DNA of 55,374 nucleotides from Chiloscyllium plagiosum (Eukaryota), in the NCBI RefSeq assembly GCF_004010195.1, contig NC_057718.1, positions 93,802,179 through 93,857,552 on the forward strand, in the 5' to 3' direction. The notes under the pieces were generated by a model that did no database searches, was not told where the DNA came from, and saw nothing but the letters and a program-made list of their open reading frames with translations. A program made the position numbers and the translations under genes. Below are positions 24,288 to 36,456 of this stretch, piece after piece; the first letter of the stretch is position 1; each line of letters starts with the position of its first letter.

Positions 24288-24329
24288 GAGATTCCTGAAG
24301 AAGGGCTTATGCCCGAAACGTCGATTCTC
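24288..24329 (+). ncRNA. Minimal type-I hammerhead ribozyme motif (PLE family A)
   Basis: gagattc-CTGAAGA-A-GGGC-ttat-GCCC-GAA-ACGT-C-gattctc. Stem I has 6/7 pairs, palindromic ACGU; predicted cleavage 3' of C24322. Confidence 0.75.
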
Positions 24330-24420
24330 CTGCTCCTTGGATGCTGCCTGACCTGCTGCGATTTTCCAGCAACACATTTTTCAGCTCTGATCTCCAGGAT
24401 CTGTAGTCCTCACTTTCTCC
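24291..24420 (+). mobile_element. PLE family-A mini-insertion (about 130 bp)
   Basis: Runs from ATTCCTGAAGAAGGGC to CCTCACTTTCTCC, near-identical to 48544-48671 and 39089-39217. Confidence 0.85.
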
Positions 24421-24671
24421 ACAGCAATTAAGTACTATGGTTGTTCATGAGAATTCCAACATTGGGAAAGAATGAATGGCCAAGATACCCAAACCTGATT
24501 GCTATCAGACAGAGGCACGAGAAGGAAAATTTGTGGCTGTTAATGAGAACAAGCTTAGGTTCCAGTCTGATGCCCCACCTCCATCATAGTTTACTGACAG
24601 CGACTGTCCAGACTCATAATTGTAGGTAGGATAGCAAAAAGCTGAAATAAGTTCAAATTGATCCAAAGAAG

Positions 24672-25005
24672 GGTCAGCATGGTGACTCAGTGGTTAGCAC
24701 TACTGCCCCACAGCGCCAGGAACTTGGGTTCAATTCCAGTCTTGGGTGACTGTCTGTGTGGAGCTTGCACATTCTCTCCATGCCTTCGGGTGGTCTGGTT
24801 TCTTCCCACAATCCAAAGATGTGTAAGTTAGGTGAATTGGCCGTGCTAAATTGCACATAGTGTTCAGGGATGTGTAGGTTAGGTGCATTAGTTAGGGGTA
24901 ATACAGAGTAATTGGGGAGGGGAAGAGATCTGGGTGGGTTACTCTTTGCTGTGAACTTGTTGGGCCAAATGGCCTGTTTCCTGTAGGGATTCTATAATTC
25001 TATGA
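24672..25005 (+). mobile_element. HE1 SINE
   Basis: A/B boxes, V-domain and (ATTCTAT) tail. Confidence 0.9.
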
Positions 25006-25194
25006 AAGATAAGCGAGGAACATCCCCTTTAATTTCTAAAGGCATCCCTGTGAGGAACTAAATTTAATCAATGCAGAACACCAACAAGAATTAATGTTTT
25101 TACATGTGGGAAACCTTCAAGGCTAAAGTTGAACATCTTCGTTGCTTAAGAATTCAGAATGGGTCATAACAGCAACCGATTTTACATAGCCCCT

Positions 25195-25290
25195 GAAGCA
25201 AAAACAGAAATTGCTGGAAAAGCCCAGCAGGTCTGGCAGCATCTGTGGAGAGAAATCACAGTCAATGTTTCAGTTCGAGTGCAGTTCTTT
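25195..25290 (-). mobile_element. PLE family-C fragment
   Basis: AAAACAGAAATTGCTGGAAAAGCCCAGCAGGTCTGGCAGCATCTG; a similar fragment lies at 40625-40700. Confidence 0.65.
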
Positions 25291-25395
25291 TGGTTTTTAT
25301 TTACTTACCCCGATTGGCTTTTAAAAGGTTTAAACAATCGAGCCAGCACTGTGACAGAAACAAATATTTATGTCTATTCGTGTTGGCTCATTTAG

Positions 25396-25487
25396 CTTGA
25401 TGAAGGGCTTATGCCCGAAACGTCGATTCTCCTGCTCCTCGGATGCTGCCTGACCTGCTGTGCTTTCCCAGCGACACATTCTCGACT
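25396..25487 (+). mobile_element. PLE family-A mini-insertion
   Basis: TTGATGAAGGGCTTATGCCCGAAACGTCGATTCTCC (core C3 changed to T). Confidence 0.8.
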
Positions 25488-26499
25488 CATTCAATCTGTC
25501 ATAGATTTTAAGGAGCTAAAGATCAACTTCACTCTCAAAACATGTCCCTGTATGGTGTGGTACAACATTAGGATGATAAATCAGTTTGACCCATTGGTTT
25601 GAAGGATGGCCCAACACACTGCCTCCAATGAACTAATTTTTTAGCTTATATGATTTACAAGGTTCCTTGCAACAACTTACTGAGTTGATTTTTAAAAGCA
25701 ATTTTTTTTCCTGTCAACATTTTGCTGGTTTTTGAGGATCAAGAGTAGCTATTCCACATACAAGCAGTATCACTTTCATGTTCTCCTTCAATCGATATCA
25801 TTACCATTCTTTCATCATCACTGGAATATTAGCCTTCAATTGACAATCTAATATCTTTGGAGAGTACACTTCACCAACAGATCAAAAGTAACACCCACCA
25901 CCATTTTCTACCAATTAGGACAAAGGATGAAGATGGCCAAAGTTCCAAGAAGACCTCAAATTTTCTACAAATAGTTTCATAGAACCTTTTACATCTCGCT
26001 GAGAGGACACAGGAAGCCTCCGTTTAATAAATCATCTGAAAGATAAGTCCCTCCAACAATTATAATCAGGAAAGAAAATTTTAAAAATCATGAAAATTTT
26101 ACAACTGTCCTTTTCCAGTCTTCTTGAGTTTTCAGCCTTAAGGTGAGGCCCGAATGATTATTCACTGAAACACAGTTAACGGCTGGGATTTTATTTTCTA
26201 TGGTTAGGGTGAGGAAGCACCTCATCCAGAACAAGAATCAAATCTCATATTGTTGATGTTAACCTGATTCACAGGCTACTCCTTTAGCCAATCTTATGAA
26301 TTACCACAAGGGATGGACAATATGGAATGACTGGACAACAAGGAATAATGAAGGAAAGAGATTAGAATGGAGGAATGGTAAAGGAAAGATAGGTAGGACA
26401 TGAGGTAAGGATAATGGACAAGAGAAGGATAGAAGGGTTGTGAACTAGGGAATGCAAATATGAAGTGATTGGCAAAAGAATCAAAGGCACTATGAGGAA

Positions 26500-26790
26500 A
26501 GAATCAGAGACCTACAGCACAGTGAGAGGCCCTTTCGCCCAAACTGCTCCATACCGACCAAAATGTCCATCCACGCTAACCCCACTTCCCTGTACTTGGC
26601 CCTGTACTTCCCTGTATCTTTCTAAACCTTTCCAATCCAAGTATTTGTCCAAATGCCTTTTAAATGTTGTTAATGTACCCATCTCAACCACTTCCACTGG
26701 CAGCTCATTCCATATGCCTCTGTGTAAAAAAAGTTGTCCCTCAGGTTCCCTTTTATTCTTTCTGCTCTAACCTTAAACTGATGCCCTCCA
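26500..26790 (-). mobile_element. CR1/HER1 3' fragment
   Basis: EVVEMGTLTTFKRHLDKYLD. Confidence 0.85.
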
Positions 26791-27501
26791 ATGAGTATTT
26801 TTACACAGTGAATGATGAGAATCTGGAATGCACAGCCTGAGAAGTGAGTGGAAGAAGATTCAATTCTGGCTTTCTAAAGGAATCGAATATAAGTTCCTGA
26901 AGGGAAAATACAATTGCAGGACCACAGGAAAAAGGCAATGGAGTGGTACCTTGTAAATTGCTCTTGCTGAAACCTGGGATGGGACGGATGATCCAAGTAA
27001 CCTCCTCCTGTGCTGTCACCATTTTTACAATCACAAAACATGGTGTCCTGAAGAGGAGCAGGAAGTCACAGTTACAGTAGGGAAGTGAGATTCCCAAGCG
27101 ATCTCACAGCAACTCAATTTATAAATGCCATCGAAAGAACCCCAACTCTCGAGACTATCTAAAAACATAAAACTATGACAATAAGGCATCTGTCCAACCT
27201 TCCTAGACTCACATTGTAATAAAAACGCACCTCTAGTTCCCTGTACTTTATGCTATAGCAAGCTCCACCATCAACTCTGCAATAACTAACACATGGAAAT
27301 GAGGCCTGACCAGAAATCAAGTTATAACTCATAGTCTCTGGGAATAGCACTCTCTTGAGCTATGTTGTACATGCCTGAATGGGCCCTTGCAAAATCAACT
27401 TTTGAGAGTTTTTACATGGCTTTACTGATGAGGTGGAACTGCATCCTTGAGAACCAACTCACTCACGTTCCACTACCCAATCTGCTAAATCTAGTCTAAC
27501 A

Positions 27502-27815
27502 TGGGGAAGCAATGGCCTAGTGGTTTTACTGTTAATCCAGAGACCCAGGTTTGAATCCCCCCACAGCAGATGACATTTGAACTTATTACAATAAAATCTG
27601 AAATTGAGAGTTTGGTGATGACCATGGGTCAATTGTCAGAAAACCGCATCTGGTCCACTAATGTACTTTAGGGAAGGAAGCTTACCTGGTCGGGCGTACA
27701 TGTGACTGCAGACCCACACAATGGGGTTGACTGTTAATTGCCCTCTTGATAATTAGGGACAGGCAATAAATGCTGGCCCATCCTGTGATGCCCTCATCCC
27801 ATGAATGAATAATTT
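27502..27815 (+). mobile_element. tRNA SINE (second family)
   Basis: GGGGAAGCAATGGCCTAGTGG head, GGTTTGAATCC B-box, tail CATCCCATGAATGAATAA. Confidence 0.8.
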
Positions 27816-27934
27816 TATAAAACATTCCACAACCGTGTCAGATTAGAATATGTAATCCCTCCAAGAATACTTATACCTTCTATAGATAACCATTCCACAG
27901 TACATTATCCTCTGACTCCCCATATCTTGTCCCC

Positions 27935-28440
27935 CATTTAAAAGGCACAAGGAGGGAGTATGATGGAATACTCCGCACTCACTGGATGGGCGCCGCTCCA
28001 ACAACACTGAAAAAGCTCAATGCAATCTAGGAGCAAGCAACCTGCTTGATCAACAACTCCATTTGCCACCTTAAACATTCATTCCCTCCACCACCTTGGC
28101 AAAGGAATGTACCATCTCAAAGATGCAATGCAGTAACTTACCAAATACTCTTCAGCAGTTCCTTTCCAAACAACAACCTCTGCCATCTAGAAGAAGGAAG
28201 GCAGTTGGAACTGGCCTGCAACTTCCGCTGTAGGGCACATTGCATCCTCAATCGGAGTGACTTTGTTGGCCTTCACTGTTGTTAGGTCAAAATCCTGGAA
28301 CTCCCTCCCTCACAGACCTTTGAGTGCACCTACACCAAGTGGACTGCAGTGATTCTTGAAGGTGGCTCATCACCAACTTCTCAAGAGCATTTCGGGGCAA
28401 CCAGCAAATTCTAGTCTTGCGAATAATATCTAGATTCTAC
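27935..28440 (+). mobile_element. CR1-clade LINE 3' fragment (same family as 20055-21390)
   Basis: AAGGCACAAG...ATGGAATACTCC (KAQ..MEYS) and GTCAAAATCCTGGAACTCCCTCCCT. Confidence 0.7.
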
Positions 28441-29467
28441 AAATGGAAAAAGGTACATGCGAGTCAACATTTTATGTATCTTCCAAGGCACTGTTGCACA
28501 ATTGCTCAAGTTACTTGCAAACAGGCATGACTTGTGCTAATAACTGAAGAAGTTAACACATTATTAAATTCTTGTTCAAAGTCAATAATGAATATCTCCT
28601 ACAGAAAGCAAAAAGAATCTTCTAATTTTAAATTTTACAACCCTTAGTTTAATAATAAGGTCAGCGGAAATCAACATTTAAGAAATCTACAATTCTATCA
28701 TTTCAATTATGTGAACTCTGCTTTGTGAACTGAGCTGAAAAGAATTCAGTATTGTTCTTGAAGCATTACATTCTGTAGTCTGGTTTTCTATCTTGAAATA
28801 AGTCTTCACAAAATAAATCTTTTAAAAGTGGTTTCAGCTAGCATTATATTCCTAAACTTTGTTTAATAGCTCATAACTGCACAGCCTATAACTTTTGCCA
28901 GTGGTTTTACAAGATGGCTTTGTTCTGTCTCTCTGGTTAATGTGCCATATAAATTCATTGCACATTTATTGCCTCATGCTGTTTGGTCATAAACTCCTCT
29001 GTTCGCTTACCACCCTGTGTAAACATAAAGATATCAGGTGAAAACTAGAGAGGCCTCCACTGAGATCTCTGCTGTCCTTCAATTCGAGTTTCTTGTGCAT
29101 TTTAATTTTAATTTCTCTGCCATTGGCGGCCGTTTTTTCAGCTGCTTGAGCCCTCAGCTCCAATAATTAGTTTACCTGCCTCAATATCACTATATGTGGG
29201 AGTTTGATTTCAAATCCTGTTTAATAATGCCTCTGTGAAGAACCGTGGGTCTTTTTTTTAACAATGTTCAAGGTGCTATATTAATGCAGATTACTGTTGA
29301 TCAAGGTTTTGTTTAAGGTGCACAGATGATATCCTACCAAGTCCTTGATTCTTTCATAAGGATTTCTGGAATGCAGCTAAGTTGTTTTGCGACAGTGCGG
29401 AGCAGAGACTGAGCACTTCAAAAAAGAAAGAATGGAAAATTGTGCAAGTAAACTTCTCTTGCATCTC

Positions 29468-29985
29468 GAGTCATAGAGCTCTACAGCACAGAAACAGACC
29501 TTTTGCTCCAACAGGTCCATGCCGACCTAGATGGCCTAAGTTAATCTAGTCCTGTTTGCCAGCACTTGGCCCATATCCCTCTAAACCCTTCCTATTCATG
29601 TACCCATCCAGTTGCCTTGTTATAATTGTACCAGTCTCCATCACTTCCTCCGGCAGCTCATTCCACACACGCACCACCCTCTGTGTGAAACAGTTGCCCC
29701 TTAGGTCTTTTTTAAATCTTTCCCCTCTCACCTTAAACCTACATCCTCAAGTTTTGGACTCCCCTACCCCAGGAAAAAAAACCTTGACTATTCACCCTAT
29801 CCATGCCCTGCATGATTTTATAAACCTCCATAAGGTCACCCCTCAGCTTCTGACGGTCCAAAGAAATTACCCCCGGCCTATTCACCCTCTCCCTATAGCT
29901 CAAACCCTCCAACCCTGGCAACCTTCTCTTGGATCTTTTCTGACCCCTTTCAAGTTCCACAATGTCTTTTCTATAGGAGGGAGAC
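29468..29985 (-). mobile_element. CR1/HER1 3' fragment
   Basis: LPGLEGLSYRER...LRGDLMEVYKIM...QRVVRVWNELPEE. Confidence 0.9.
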
Positions 29986-30029
29986 CTTTGTCAAAAAGGG
30001 AAAAAGGGCTGGGCCTAGTAATTACAAGC

Positions 30030-30820
30030 CAGTCAGTCTAACCTTGGAAAGCCCTGAGGGACAGGGTTTCTTCATTTCGATCTTCATTTAGAAAAGCACA
30101 GGTCTATCAAAGACAGCCATCAAGGGAAGATTTTGCCTGACTAATGGTCAATATTTTTGAGACAGTAGCAGGGAGAGAGTCAATAAGGGTGGTGTATTTG
30201 ACTTAGATTTTACCAATGCTGAGGATGAGGTCCAATGTGACAGACACAGAAGTGGATATGATGGTGCCCAAAGTAATTGGTGAGTCAGATCCACAATTTT
30301 CTTAGAGGCAGAAAGCAAAATGCAATGATCGTTGTGTGTTTCAATGACTGACTGGAAGGCTGTTTCCAGTGGGATCTCACAGAGTTTAGCAAAAGGTTTG
30401 TTGCTTTTTGTCATATGTACATATGATTTGGTACCAAATGTAGGGCATGTGATTAAGAAGTCCTCAGATGACATAAAAATTGGCTGTACGGCTTATCATT
30501 AAAAGTGAAGCTGGAAACTGAAGGTATGGACTGGTCATGTGGAAAATTGAGTTAAATCAAAAGAAGTGTGAGGAAATGTATTTGGGAAGGCAAACAAGCC
30601 AAATGAATACAGAATAATTGATAGGATACTGCAAAGTGTAGAGGAATGCAGGAGTGTTTGTCCAGGGACCTCTGGGTTGATGAGGTGGTTAAGAAAGTAT
30701 ATAAGACGATTTTCTTGATCTGCCGAAGCACTGCGTATCAGAGCTGGAAGATTACGCTGGAATTTCAGAAAGCATTTGATAGGCCACAATCCATTTCTCT
30801 GGCTACTGTCCTGTAGGAAA
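30030..30820 (+). mobile_element. Degraded CR1 RT fragment
   Basis: Remnants of GRXCLTN, DWKAVSSG, and AGATGACATAAAAATTGG (DDTKIG-like). Confidence 0.6.
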
Positions 30821-32269
30821 GTATTTTACAAATCCTCCACCCTGTTTAAGACGTTAAAGGTGGTTAAAGGGAAAGTCAGTCCACAATCATAGCATGTTAA
30901 GACTGTGGAAGGACAAGTTAAAATATTAAGAATGAAAAACAGAGTTTAGGGCTGTTATGGTGCAGTGGTAGTGGCCCTAGCTCTGCGCCAGGAGACCTGC
31001 TCTTTTCTCTGCAAAGGTTGATTAGAAAATGTATAAAAAGGTGAAGTAACTGTCAAGTTCTTATATTTTGTTAATTTCCTTTAAGACAATAAAAGCTAAA
31101 CATTCTAATATGCTTGCATTTGATTTTCCAAAGAAGTATAAAAAAGCAGCCAGAAATACAATTCAACTTTGGGTAGAATTACCTTGTATTCTCAATTTTC
31201 TTCATTAAGTTAACCACAACAGGCAATGGTTACTGCCCACATCATTAAGTTCCAATTAAGCAACAATTAAAGGGCAGATGCTCCTTAAAACCAGCTGCCT
31301 GTTCTTTTCTGTGTCGTTGACTTGCATGATAAAAGTAGGGTCCTGTTTGAAATATAGTTGAGTGACTACAGACTGTTGGAAAAATGCTTATGGCAAAATC
31401 TGACACTGTTTATGCGTGGTTTCATTAAAACCCTTGGCCTTTGACTTGACCTTTCAGATCTTTGTTGAAATTCCTTTGATAGGGCAGAGTACATCTTGTC
31501 ACTTTCGAAGAATGACCTTTAGTTTCCTTTACCTGGAAAGGACCTTTACTACATCAGCATGTGAATTCTGAATTCCTGAATAATTGTTTCCTAATTCCTT
31601 CTTTTTGTCTAGGACTTAATTTCCAAGGTTTTATCATGTTATATTAAATACCAAAAGATGGAACTTCATGCTTTATTGAATATTGCAGTTCTTGTATGAA
31701 AAGGATTGTTCATGTCTTTATAACAACAATTTATATTTGTATAGTGTCCCTAAGGTATTGAAACATCCCAAGGTGCATTTATAAAACCAAATATGACACA
31801 AAGCCACATAAGAAGATATTGGGCAGATGTTACTGGTCATGCAATGAGCCTGTTTAACAGACAGAGCACAGGTAGCTGCTGTGTCACAGCTAGCCCTGGG
31901 AGACCTGTGGGATTAAATCCTATTAGTCACCCCACTTTCTGCTATCCAGGTTCCCAGCTCCTGCTTTTGGGCTCTGCCATCTCTTTATATTGTCAGCACC
32001 AGTGTGAGAGGTGGCCAGTGCCTGTATTGCTGTAATCCCTGAGGAGGAAGATTGTTTCTGGAGCGTCTGATGAAAATGAGGGATCGACATGATTAGATTC
32101 AGTCAGGGCTTCCCCCACAATAGGGAGGAAGGGTTGATGGAGTCATTATGAAGGATATGGGGGTAACTAACTGGGTCCTGCCATTAGGCACAGGAAGCCT
32201 GTGGAGGAGAGATCTGTGTCACTCCCCCCCTGCAGAAATGCTTGGTTTGCTTGGTTGAATACCAGCAGT

Positions 32270-32410
32270 TGTTGAAAATATGTTGCTGGAAAAGCACAGC
32301 AGGTCAGGCAGCATCCAAGGAACAGGAGAATCGATGTTTCAGGCATGAGCCCTTCTTCAGTTTTCAGCTCTGATCTCCAGCATCTGCAGTCCTCACTTTC
32401 TCCTAGAAGA
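32270..32410. mobile_element. PLE family-A insertion with 5' inversion
   Basis: Inverted hammerhead half 32270-32360, direct tail 32361-32410; perfect 14-bp TSD TGAATACCAGCAGT at 32256-32269 and 32411-32424. Confidence 0.85.
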
Positions 32411-32574
32411 TGAATACCAGCAGTGATAGGATTGAGGTCCTTAACTCAATGGACCTCAGGGTGCCAAGACCATCCTCAATCCCGCTATTACCAGCTTAAA
32501 CTGAGGGAATTTGGGAAGGCAACAGTGTGCATACCTGTCATATTATACTACCTCTCCACTGTCTCCCAAACTAA

Positions 32575-32845
32575 TCACGAGAAGAATTAATATGATGGTA
32601 ATGTTGATTGAGACATAAACATTGAGCAGAACTCCAACAAGAACTCACTTTCTCTGCTTCGTGTTAGTGAACCTTCTACCTACCCCTGAGAAGGCAGACC
32701 AGCCCTCTAATTAATATTTCACCCAAAGACAGCAACTTTGACACTGCGATATTTCCTCAATACTGCACAGAAGTGTCAGCCGAAATGATAAACTTAAGTG
32801 GTTTCAGTGAGACATATAAACCCAAAGCTCCTGACTCAAGGTTGC
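32575..32845 (-). mobile_element. Deu-domain SINE remnant
   Basis: AAAGACAGCAACTTTGACACTGCGATATTTCCTCAATACTGCACAGAAGTGTCAGCC, the reverse complement of the Deu core. Confidence 0.6.
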
Positions 32846-33199
32846 CAGTAAACCACAATCACATATTTTCTGTGGATCATCTATTGTTCTCATTCCCCTA
32901 CAAACCAGGAAACTTCACATATCTACTCTCTACAATATTAGAGAAATAAAATAAAACAACATGTGCTGTTTTTAATCTTAGGGCTGCAGCATTTGCAGTG
33001 TTTAGCTTTTATACCGGGCATACGTGGCTGTCTTGTCAGTCAGTTTTAAATTCAAGACAACATAACTTGCACAAGAATCACGATCACTTATGTTACCTTT
33101 ATCCGATTTATGTGGCAAACATCACAGCTACTGTACCTGTACTTTAATATTATTATATATTATTCAAAAAGGTCCATACTTCAAAGTTTCACCCATGAC

Positions 33200-33575
33200 T
33201 TAGAGTTATAGAGTCACACAGCACGGATACAGACTCTTCAGTCCAAGTCATCCACGCCGACCAGATATCTCAAACCAATCTAGTCCCGTTTGCCAGCCTT
33301 TGGCCCATAAACCTCCAAACCCTTCCTATTCATGTACCCATCCAGATGTCTTGTACATGTTGTAATTGTACCAGCCTCCACCACTTCCTCTGGCAGTTCA
33401 TTCCATATACACACTACCCTCTACGTGAAAAAGTTGCCCTTTAAGTTCCTTTTAATTATTTTCCCTCTCCTCTTTATACCTATGCCCTCTAGTTTTGGAC
33501 ACTCCTACCCTGGGGAAAAGACCTTGGCCATATCCATGCCCCTCATGATTTTATACACCTCTATCAGGTCAACCT
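33200..33575 (-). mobile_element. CR1/HER1 3' fragment
   Basis: Homologous to 3668-4030 and 29468-29985. Confidence 0.85.
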
Positions 33576-34288
33576 TGAGGAGCTCTCTCCCAGTAACGCT
33601 GCCTGAAGGTTCACCCCTTATATACACAAATCTAGATGCAGTTAATCATCAGCCATTGATGCGTCTTTGGCAAATTCTAGGAAATTAGCTGCCTTGCCCA
33701 CCCATACCCTAATAATTTTGGACCAAGTTGTTTCTCGTCGTCAGCAGTTTCCAAAATCAAGATGGCAAGTCGCCGGATATTGTTACAGTTGTCCATAGTT
33801 CCATCTATTGTGCTCGCTAATTTATAGTTCTTTTTAAAATTTGGCCGATTGAATTACGTTTTGATCCCAACTGAATTCGATCGAAATGTTTACATGGCAC
33901 CTTCTCTCTGGACTGTTACATGTAGCAGATGGTACCAAATAACACGGGACCATCTTGTACTGCATGGCAGTAACCAGTTGGGATTCAAATCGAGCCATTT
34001 ACATGAGCCTGGCTTAAATCTGCCATTTTACAACAGCCTGGTTCGAATCAATTTACTCCGCTGCCAGTTTGAAGCTGGCATCAGGAAGCGGGCATCTGCA
34101 TCCTGAGCCAACATGGCAGTAAACATTTACATGGTATATTTGGAACAGCTGTAAACTGTGAACAAACCCAATCTGACATCTGTTGTGTAAATGGGATATT
34201 AGATACCAGAACTGCTCAATAGATTATTAATCAGGGAGACTTCAGGCACGGCTGTAGATCCCTACAGAGCTAGTTCACAAGTTAACTT

Positions 34289-34642
34289 GTGTGTGTGTGT
34301 TTATGTATGTGCAGTTGTGTCTGTATTTGTGTATGTTTGTGTGTGTATTTGTATATGTTTGTGTGTGTATTTGTGTATGTTTATGTTTGTGTGTGCTTGT
34401 ATGTGTATTTGTGTGTGTATTTGTGTATGTTTGTGTTTATGTGTGCTTGTATTCTAATCTAATCTAATCTAATGTATTTGTGTATGTTTGTGTTTGTGTG
34501 TGTGCTTGTGTGTGCGTTTGTATTTGTGTATGTTTGTGTGTGTGTGTTTGTGTTTGTGTGTGCATGCATGTGTTTGTGTGTGCACGCGTGTGTGTGTGTG
34601 TTTGTTTGTATATATGTGTCCATATGTGTGTGTGTGTGTGTT
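34289..34642. repeat. Degenerate (TG)n microsatellite with an embedded (AATCT)n SINE-type tail
   Basis: Direct reading; TTCTAATCTAATCTAATCTAAT at about 34452-34473. Confidence 0.95.
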
Positions 34643-34835
34643 GCAGGGGGAGGTGGTGTTGCTGGGTGACAAAGGGAGGGTGCTAACCAGATGCCAACTG
34701 CCCCACTTCAAAGTGACAGTGGAAAGCACAGAGCCAAAAGCACCTTTGATCAATCTCACACCATTTAGTGCCCCTGTTACAATTGGCAATGAAATGTCCC
34801 GAATTGACCACAGAAGGAAACTTGGTGCGGAAACT

Positions 34836-35150
34836 GGGTGGCATGGTGGCCCAATGCCTGCCTCACAGCACCAGGGACCTGGATTTGATGCCACCCTTGG
34901 GCGACTGTCTATATGGAGTTTGCACACTCTTCCTGCTTCTGCATGAGTTTCCTTCCACAGTCGAAAGCTAGATGGATTGGCCATGCTAAATTATCTTGTA
35001 GTGTCCAGGGATGTGCAACTTTAGGTGGATTAGACTTGGGAAATACAAGGTTATAGTGTAGGGGGTGACGGGTCTGTTTGGATGCTCATCGGAGGGTCGG
35101 TGTGGATTCAATGGACTGAATGGCCTGCTTCCACACTATTAGAGATTCTA
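34836..35150 (+). mobile_element. HE1 SINE
   Basis: HE1 head, V-domain and CR1 tail. Confidence 0.85.
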
Positions 35151-36456
35151 TTAGAGGTGAGGGATTTCACTGGATAGAAAGGAGAAGGTGTTTTTTCCAT
35201 TGCAAAGTAAGTGAGGACTGTCAGAATTATACCTCACTTTGATTGCACCAAACACATTGACTAATTTCAAAATGACCCACTCTACTACATGGTAAGCAAT
35301 AGTGGCTGGAGGACAGGGTGAAGCTGCTTTAACAAGGTATCTGAGGCAAAGTCCTGTAAAAAGGAGCCCAAGAGCTTCAAACAATTTAGATCTAATCACA
35401 AAACACACTTTCCAAACCTAGTTTACAGTGCTAATTAATTGTTGTCACTTCATTGACACAGAAGGACACACAGCACTGCTCACAGCCTCTGCCTGATACC
35501 TAAGATCACAAGTTCAATGCATGCCAATTGCTCATATGACACTGTATCTAACCTTTACTATCAATATGGATTTGTTTTCTTTGCTTAAAATAAATGTGTT
35601 TGTATTCTACTCAATGCTCACTGAAAAGTGAAATTATGGGACTTCAGATTCCTTTAGTTTTAACTGGATGGAAAACGATCAACTAACGAGGAACTAATTC
35701 CTACTCTGTTTGATGAGTAACACCTCTTAATTAAAACTTCAATTATGATTTATCGTGCTGTCCAAAACATTCCAGTTTTTCTGGTGTTGTTTGTATCTTC
35801 TTGTTCTGTTTACAACTTTCAGTAATGAAAAGGAAGATATGCATTTAAGTAGTGCTGGTTAATTTGTACAGGGGTAAAGGGGGATGAGGAGTGGGCAGGA
35901 AAGTGGAGTTGAGGCTGTGGTGAGATCAGCCATGATTGTATTGAATGGTGGAGTAGGCTTTAGGCGCCGAATTGCTTGCATCAGCTTTTCGTTCCTCTGT
36001 TCTTTACGGCCCCACAGTCATTCCAACATGCTTCAGACAGATTAAGTAATTTTTTAAGTGTAGTCACTATTATTGTGTAGAAAATGCATCAGTCCATCCT
36101 TGCAAAGTATGATCTCACAAACAGCAACAAATGCAGCTGAGCAATCTGTTTTACAGAAATTACACCCTCCTCCACAGGAACCCAGTTTGGTTTTGGAATA
36201 CAGCAACAGGATATTTGTATGCCTCTCTTTAAGAAATCTGATCTGAAAGATGGCTCCTCTGTCAGTGTAGTGCTCTGTCAGTAAAGACTGGGGGGGGTTG
36301 GCCTTGGTGCTTGTGGTCGAATATTCAGATATGAGGAGCTGCAATCTCCAGAAGCAGAATAAGTCATTGTGGGTAAAGGGAAGGTGATGCAAGATAGGAC
36401 AACATCATTGGAATGCAGTGACCTAGATGCTGTGGGGCAGTGTAGTGCTCATATTA

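Noticed and set aside
34469..34984. His/Thr-rich and Cys/Val-rich ORFs
   Set aside because: Translations of a TG microsatellite plus an HE1 SINE.
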